From Thalia democratica (lineage: Eukaryota), in contig OZ241829.1 of the NCBI GenBank assembly GCA_965202585.1, positions 63,550,001 through 63,614,000 on the forward strand: 64,000 bases of DNA, read 5' to 3'. This document shows, in pieces, positions 58,601 to 64,000 of the stretch (position 1 is the stretch's first letter; each line of letters starts with the position of its first letter). Made by a program: the position numbers and the translations under genes. Under the pieces are notes generated by a model. That model did no database searches, had not been told where the DNA came from, and was given only the letters and a program-made list of their open reading frames with translations.

Positions 58601-59989
58601 ATTTTTTACTAAGTGCTCTGAAATTGATGATCTTTTTGTTGCGTTTAAGGTTGCATTACTCATTTTCTTCGGTTGATTTTTGATATGGTCTTTCACGCAC
58701 TTAGGTACGTGCTCTTTTATTCTTGTTTCTAAATGCCTAGAAGTTTGTCCTATATAGCTGTTTGCGCAACAGCATAATATAATTTTTTGTCTAGTTGATT
58801 ATTGAATTAAACACAAAACTTTTTTCGTAAAAACTGACTATAAAATTCTCTACAAAAGCCTTAACAAGTATTCTAGAGAAATAAATGGATATGTTTTTTA
58901 AGTTGGTATTTTTATACAAAGCTGTTAGTATTGTTAGTTTTAATGACGTTTTTTAATGTTAAGATACCTAACACATACAATACTGTTTTACATGAATAGT
59001 CGTGCTTTAGTTTCTATTCTATTAATTTAATGATAAAGCAACTTCACTGTTATGATTTGATTCGGGTTTGATTTTTTATTAATAGTTATAAATTAATTTC
59101 TTATTTTTAATTTTAATAACCTTAGTTGCTTTTATAAATGTTATACGATACATATGTCATATTGAACATTTGTTAAACTAAAAAATGGGTTTAATTAAAA
59201 CCCAAGAATAGACGTGTTTCTCATCAAAAAATATTTTTATACTATGTTAAAATAGTTTTTTTCTAACATTTTTTCTAACCTAAGTGAATAAAAAAAAAAT
59301 TAATAAAAACTAAAAAAACAATACTTTCAGGAAAAACCAGTGGAAATTAAAACAAACATTTCGGTTGGTGACGTTTTGAAGCCAGCAAAAACAACTGGAC
59401 CCGACGAAATTAGAGAATGGGACAAAAACAAAACCGGTGTGTTACAGTATTAGTCATAACATTTATTGAAAGTATTGTTTTTAGTCTACTAAAGTTTAAT
59501 TTGACTATTTTTTATTGTTCTGTATTGCGCTTAACTAATTTTCATTCAAAAGTCTTGCAAAAAAAACCTGACGCACGTTAATTTTTGTCAGAAACTCTGT
59601 GGCTGCCCGCTCAACCGAAGAAAGCGCCGATGACGTGGCAAAACCCCCGAGAAAGCAGGAACTCCAGCTTCGCCCCTCCCTCCTCCTACTACCAGCAGCA
59701 CAAATCGAAAACGGCCGAAATCGACGGTGAAAAAAGCGCGCCAAACATCAGCGACCACGACAGGATGGTGAGGCTTCTGGAAAGCGTTGAAGCGGAAAAG
59801 CGAGCTGCATTGGACAAGAAAGTGGCTGAAGAGGAGAGAATTAAGCGAGAGAAAGAAGAGAAAATGAGACTGGAACGAGAGAGGGAGAAGCTTTACGTGC
59901 CGGCAGAAAAACCTGTGACAATTTCTGTGAAAAGGGCTCCTAAAAAACAGAACCTAGTTTTAAAAAAATCTGACATGTTTGACGAGTAG
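40646..59989 (+). CDS. CCDC174: Coiled-coil domain-containing protein 174, about 470 aa, 11 coding exons
   Basis: Exons 40646-40733, 41266-41380, 42926-43004, 48611-48671, 48808-48895, 49118-49214, 49492-49600, 55522-55664, 57096-57224, 59331-59436, 59592-59989; phases are continuous (1413 nt). Motifs LSLKAEI, LEAKSKLYDKM, MFLVDFEQK, DEWVEYVDVLGRTRSC, YEDFRDSEVRELGVGYFKF, IREWDKNK and FAPPSSYY match CCDC174 as I recall it. The start is uncertain: acceptor at 40640, so a short upstream exon is possible. Confidence 0.92.
42262..42769. mobile_element. Foldback/MULE-like MITE (second copy of the 18295 family)
   Basis: GGGTAGGTGTCAAATTTGCACG ... CGTGCAATTTTGACCCATTCCC; flanks ACTAGATAA / ACTAGTAAT (imperfect 9-bp TSD). 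Confidence 0.8.
43453..43565. repeat. Perfect 48-bp inverted repeat; probable TTAA-flanked (Kolobok-like) palindromic MITE
   Basis: Arms 43453-43500 and 43518-43565 are exact reverse complements with a 17-nt centre. TTAA at 43457-43460 and 43558-43561 brackets AGGGTTGATC...GATCAACCCT. Confidence 0.9.
44932..45284. mobile_element. CAGGGTTGCC-family MITE
   Basis: TIR CAGGGTTGCCAC / GTGGCAACCCTG; flanking duplication TTAGTTG (7 bp). Confidence 0.9.
45758..46030. mobile_element. CAGGGTTGCC-family MITE, right end lost
   Basis: CAGGGTTGCCATTTAACCTGGAATT at 45758 with the family's internal repeats. Confidence 0.65.
46560..48488 (+). mobile_element. Decayed CR1/L2-type non-LTR retrotransposon (RT C-terminal half plus 3'UTR)
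   Basis: SGVPQGGVIGPLLFSIYINDI (about 46835), LYKIYVRLKLEYNTLIWSPYLKKDIIRIESVQRNFTRF (about 47265-47385), LGLESLE|YKR, MWNKLPQDVV; stops and frameshifts; (AAT)n tail at about 48480. Confidence 0.92.
47455..47804. mobile_element. hAT MITE inserted in the LINE
   Basis: TIR CAGGGGTCGGCA / TGCCGACCCCTG; perfect 8-bp TSD CTCTAGAA (47447-47454, 47805-47812); subterminal GCGGCCCGC repeats. Confidence 0.95.
49748..50633. repeat. Large imperfect inverted repeat (foldback), arms of about 380 bp with a spacer of about 125 bp
   Basis: 49748-50127 is the reverse complement of 50256-50633, e.g. CCTCTAACTTAACGAGATCAAAT / ATTTGATCTCGTTAAGTTAGAGG and AATTAGCGCAATAAATAATCAGTGTAAA / TTTACACTGATTATTTATTGCGCTAATT. 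Confidence 0.92.
50765..51154. mobile_element. CAGGGTTGCC-family MITE
   Basis: TIRs CAGGGTTGC / GCAACCCTG; 6-bp TSD ATAATT. Confidence 0.9.
51978..54660 (+). mobile_element. Penelope-like retroelement (RT plus GIY-YIG endonuclease), near full length, inactivated
   Basis: Broken ORF 51978-54161: YSTKNIPI..EYKLKLIDK, IYVAADKTTNYYK, FDIKDFYPSI, MGSRHGAEISELVG, IYRDDGL, WFNPPF, YIGITANQLKKR, CKLCLKE, SELMGSCRHRNKF. At least four frameshifts or stops. The 3' region carries a hammerhead motif. Confidence 0.95.
54579..54645 (+). ncRNA. Minimal type I hammerhead ribozyme (Penelope-associated)
   Basis: Stem I TTATTTTGTTGAAGC / GTTAAACAAAATAA; core CTGAAGA 54594-54600; stem II GATTGAC-TATAT-GTCTTTC (two U-U mismatches); GAAA 54620-54623; palindromic stem III ACAGCTGT; triplet GUU. 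Confidence 0.75.
54711..55158. mobile_element. CAGGGTTGCC-type MITE (AAACTCAGGGAA subfamily)
   Basis: TIR CAGGGTTGCCAC / GTGGCAACCCTG; 6-bp TSD TTCTAA; internal ACTCAGGGAA repeats. Confidence 0.9.
55906..56176. mobile_element. CAGGGTTGCC-family MITE
   Basis: TIR CAGGGTTGCC / GGCAACCCTG; 6-bp TSD TTGTGA. Confidence 0.9.
58232..58269 (-). ncRNA. Minimal hammerhead ribozyme candidate
   Basis: Minus strand AATCACA-CTGAAGA-AAATTGTT-GAAA-TATA-TA-TGTGTT: 2-bp stem II, palindromic stem III ATATAT, triplet AUA, stem I CACA/TGTG. Confidence 0.5.
58232..58775 (-). mobile_element. Second Penelope-like family, 5'-truncated (GIY-YIG plus 3' end)
   Basis: CCANSYIGQTSRHLETRIKEHVP...SSISEHL...LIKIEAIYIHLNKPELCKQ, stop at 58433; a hammerhead-like motif lies about 165 nt downstream. 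Confidence 0.85.
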
Positions 59990-62014
59990 CTGTTCATATT
60001 TTTTTTCAGATATTTTGTTGTATTCTATTATATATACAATTTGTTTTAGTATTTAATTAAAGGATCATCAAAAAAATAAGCTGATCATACCATAGTTCAT
60101 AATTGATAATAATTAGAACCTGTTAAAACTGACTTTTATTGTTAGTAAAACGATAATAAATTTTATGTCATTCATCTATTATCCTTAAAGAACATCACTA
60201 TCACTCATACGATGAGTTCATTCGGAAACTAGGATCATCCGGATCTAGCGTTTAAGGTTGAATTATACTTTCTATTTTTTTGTTAGTGCGTTTGGGGCAC
60301 TTCAAAAATGTAACTTTTGTAGTAGCTAAGAAATTTTTCAGCTTGGAAACTCAACAAAAAGAAAATGTTTCCTTGCAACATCTTACCAAAGTTGAGCTAG
60401 TTGCATTTAATAATTATTTAATTTTTTTTTAAAGGTTAATGGGGTTCAAAGTTTTATTTCATACATATTTTGTTTAATAATTTTGTGCTTCCAATAACTT
60501 GGTAACATTTCTACAGAAATGTTTTAGTAGTTGTTCAGAGTTATGTCTTCAAAGAATAAAATTACAGATATTCGTTGATAGTTTTTTAAAACAATTTAAT
60601 AAAGTCGTTGAAAAGAACTTTGTCGAAGTTTTAAAATTGGTTTGCTACCCCTTTAACCCGAAGCGAACAACTTGAAACCCCTGTATGTTAGTAACTTCAA
60701 GTTCGAGTAAATATAGCAATCCCTTTTATCAGGCTAGGTATAGACTGAAAGACTTAAGTAAAATTTGTAGGATAAAGATTTAAGTGTCGGTGCGTTATCT
60801 CGTTTCAATATAACTACTAATGAAATAAATCAAACATTTTTCTGTACTGTACCTCATTAACTATTTAAACACGGAACTGTTACAGCTTTTAGATTGTTAA
60901 TGTGTATTTATTTATTTGTTAATGTTTTTTTTAATTCTAATGCGAAAAACACAATTAAGTTTTATAGCTTGTTTTTAAGTGTTTTCTTTTTAAGAGCTGC
61001 GAATATCCGATGTCAAAGGCGTATATTAATTTGGCTAGCACAATTTTGATTTTGTTTAATAATAAGTTGTTTCCATATTAACCTCTAATAAGGAACTTTT
61101 AAAAGTAATGTAAATATCTACTGAAATGTTAAAAAACATTTTAATGTAAGTAAGTATTCATAGAATTTATCCTTAACTATAAGAAACATGTTCTTTATTT
61201 ATGTATCTATATTTTAATAGTTATTTTATAAAGATATTTTTTCATGAACAGTGTCTATCTCAATAAGCACGTTAAAAAGACATTTTTTTGAAATACAGTA
61301 TTAAGTCGTAGTAGAGGTTTTAAAAGACATGAGCAGTTTTTGGAGATTTAAAGAATCAAAACCTGAAAATAAAAAGAATAACAAAAACATGCTTAATTAT
61401 AAGTAAAAAACTTCTTTAATATATGTTAATTTTAGTTTCAACATTATAAATAATCAAAACTTTGGTTTACATACATTTATTCTTCTATTTAAAAAGTGTA
61501 GTTTAAGTTTAATAACTATATAAAATAAAGTAAAACTGCAATATTTAGTTTAAAATAAAGCATAAATCAGTTGAAAGTTTTTTTTTGTAAACAAGCTCTT
61601 TAAAGTTACAAATTTATTATATAAACATAAAGAAATTGTTTTTTCAAACTTTTATAAGCTGTTTCTTAACAGCTCACAACACAAAAGTGAATTACAATAG
61701 TACAACTATGTACTTAATGTTTTTATATGTTGTTATGGCTTTTGATTGTTTATACACTATATCTAAAAAAAAACTTTAGTACGAGATTACAAACAGGTCT
61801 ACTAAAATAAGTAAAAACAACGATTTCATTAAACAATTGAAATTTACTTTTTGTTTTCATTTAATTTAAGAAGCTTAAAAAACTCAATGTTTGTTGATTT
61901 TTAATTAAAATCCAGGCTACAATGGCAAATATTGAATATGTTTGAAATTTTATGCTAGTCTTAATGAACTTTTTCAAAGCTTCATGTTTTGTTGTAATAT
62001 AAAAATTGTATTGT

Positions 62015-62125
62015 TAATTGAACGACAATAAAATACGCTCATAAATTTTGGTCCAGGACAGAAAAACTTTTCAGTTATCGAGTCGTACACCAGAACAGTA
62101 TAACGTCATATCCAGGACAGTCTAT
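62015..62125 (+). repeat. Unclassified dispersed repeat, copy 2
   Basis: Collinear similarity to 22520-22645. Confidence 0.7.
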
Positions 62126-63670
62126 ACAATTTATATTAAGTTTGTCAGAATACAAGGTTGATTAACAGTATTTATTTTTTTGGCCAGTGTTAATTATTGT
62201 ATAAAACAAAAATTTTAGGCTAGCCATTCTGTTTCAAATATAATAATTTAAAGAAATAAAACAAAGAATACATCTATATATAATTAAATGTTTCTGGTTT
62301 TACTAATTGGAACTAATTAAGAAATTTTATTAGAAATATTCTGCAGGTCAAACTTTATTACAGCAGATGGATTTTTATAATGACCAGTTGTAACCAAAAA
62401 ACTATTAGCAACAACATAAGATGCAAAAACTTTTTTTATTCAAGTATATTTAAAACATACTAATAAAGTGGTTTCGATTATTTAAAACATTAGTGATAAT
62501 ATGATCATAATGAATTTACAGAGTTTTGTTAGTAGTATATTTAAGTGTTAAGTTTAATTGGTTTTAAAACTTATTAGTTAATTTATCTGGTATTTTATTA
62601 AGTTAATATATCTTTTCTCCGATTTTAATATAAAAGAAGTAAATACAGATTTAAATATAGATTAATGAAACTATTACTTAAAATTTTTGTTTTTACCAGT
62701 TCTTTTTTTGCGTTGTGTTTATAGAGTTTGAAAAAAATATAAGATTATTGAAATTCATGTGCGAGTTATAGATTAAATGTAAACATTGACACATTGCTTT
62801 AAGATATTTTTTTTTTTATTAGTCATCTTATTTAAAGTTTATTTCAAAACTCAGAATAGATTGATTTTTTTATAGTTTTTTTGTACTTTTTATGATATCT
62901 TTTATTTTAAATTTACGTTTTTTATACTTAAAGTTTTTTATGCAATTACAAAGTTCTATTTAGTAATTAGCCACGCTTGTTGACAGTTAAAAATATTTTG
63001 AAATCTTTATTTAAGGTTAATCAATACAATTTAAAGTTTATTTTAGCTTTAGATTTAAAAAAATACCTTCCAGTCACGTACAAGCTGGTCGGTGTGTCAG
63101 AAAACATTTCTCAAACTTTTTTAAAGAAAATATGTCAATGACCTTAGATAAACAAGGTTAGATAAAAAATGTATAGTACATGTGTTTGTAATTGCTTTTT
63201 AAAGAAAATTAATTTTTTTATAGCAAAGTCTGAAAACAAAAAGTTTAATGAACATTTTTTCAGAGTTAAGTTTCAAAAATAAAAGTTTTTTCTTTTTTTT
63301 TTGTCATAAGATATTTCTAAACTACAAAATTATCTTTTAAAACTATGTTTTTAAATAATTAACATAATTTTTTTTTTTTTTATATTGTCAACCATAGTAT
63401 ATTGACTTAAGTATCATAAAATCTCTTTTTATTCAGTGCTAAACATTCTCGATTACATATAACAAACAAATAAAATCAACCTGCAGTTCTAAGACATTTT
63501 CTATTCTATAGATTTGGTTTAGCTAAAAGCCAAACACCACTTTAAAGTTTGTAATCTAGTTTGAATTTTTTTTATAAAGTTTTCGGTAACTATACATTTG
63601 ACAGCATTTTATTGAAGTTAGTCCAGTTTATTAGAACTATTTTGCTAAAATCAGTAACTTTTAGTTAGTT

Positions 63671-63935
63671 TAGGGGTGGGCACCGTTTTTTGTCGGTGGG
63701 CCCGGTCCAGAAAATTTTAGTCTTTGGTTGGCCGAAGCATTTCGAGTTAGTGACTTACCGGATCCAGTATCCGGATCTAGCCGGAAATACCTTTTTATTT
63801 CTGGATCATGCCGGATCCTAAATTCAAAATACTATTCAAATCCGACTGAATACTAGTTTTAAATCTAGATCCGGTCGGATTCTAATTTAAACAAAGGTTT
63901 AAGATCCGGCCGAAGTTTTATGGATACGGTTGATC
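63671..63935. mobile_element. Degenerate hAT-type MITE with CCGGAT repeats
   Basis: Left end TAGGGGTGGGCACCG; internal CCGGATCC/CCGGATCT motifs resembling the 8411 family; right TIR eroded. Confidence 0.5.
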
Positions 63936-64000
63936 GCTTTTCTGAATACTTCAAACTCACAAAAACTTCTTAAGTTTGACAACTTAAGATGTATATTGAG

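Noticed and set aside
60200-60250. Hammerhead-like CGATGA..GAAA..CTAG hairpin
   Set aside because: The core lacks the U of CUGA, there is no U-H after the stem, and no stem I is present.
60190-63560. Scattered exon-like pieces (e.g. EHHYHSYDEFIRKLGS +, FLVTTGHYKNPSA -, LNQIYRIENVLELQ -, MFSDTPTSLYVTG -)
   Set aside because: They could not be chained with consistent phases or matched to a family; a gene may exist here but is unsupported.

Overview
AT-rich, intron-containing eukaryotic (most likely invertebrate animal) genomic DNA; the species cannot be determined from this window. No rRNA, tRNA or CRISPR array was found. Host genes assembled by hand from splice sites and phase continuity: (1) a 10-exon LRR-Ig-FN3-transmembrane receptor (LRIT-like, minus, 3721-14710); (2) a 5-exon small secreted protein with exon-encoded Tyr/His/Pro repeats and an Arg/Cys-rich C-terminus (minus, 19621-21166), plus a frameshifted paralogous exon at about 16.9-17.1 kb; (3) an orphan 400-aa ORF (24742-25944); (4) VPS11 with an uninterrupted CDS (35202-37976); (5) an 11-exon CCDC174 (40646-59989). 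The remainder is dense with decayed mobile DNA: hAT-type remnants and MITEs (some nested, with intact TSDs), foldback/MULE-like and TTAA-flanked elements, CR1/L2-type LINE pieces, and three Penelope-like fragments, two with recognisable minimal hammerhead ribozymes downstream. The best novelty candidate is the secreted repeat/Arg-Cys locus. Exon models are manual and family assignments rest on remembered motifs; no database searches were run.
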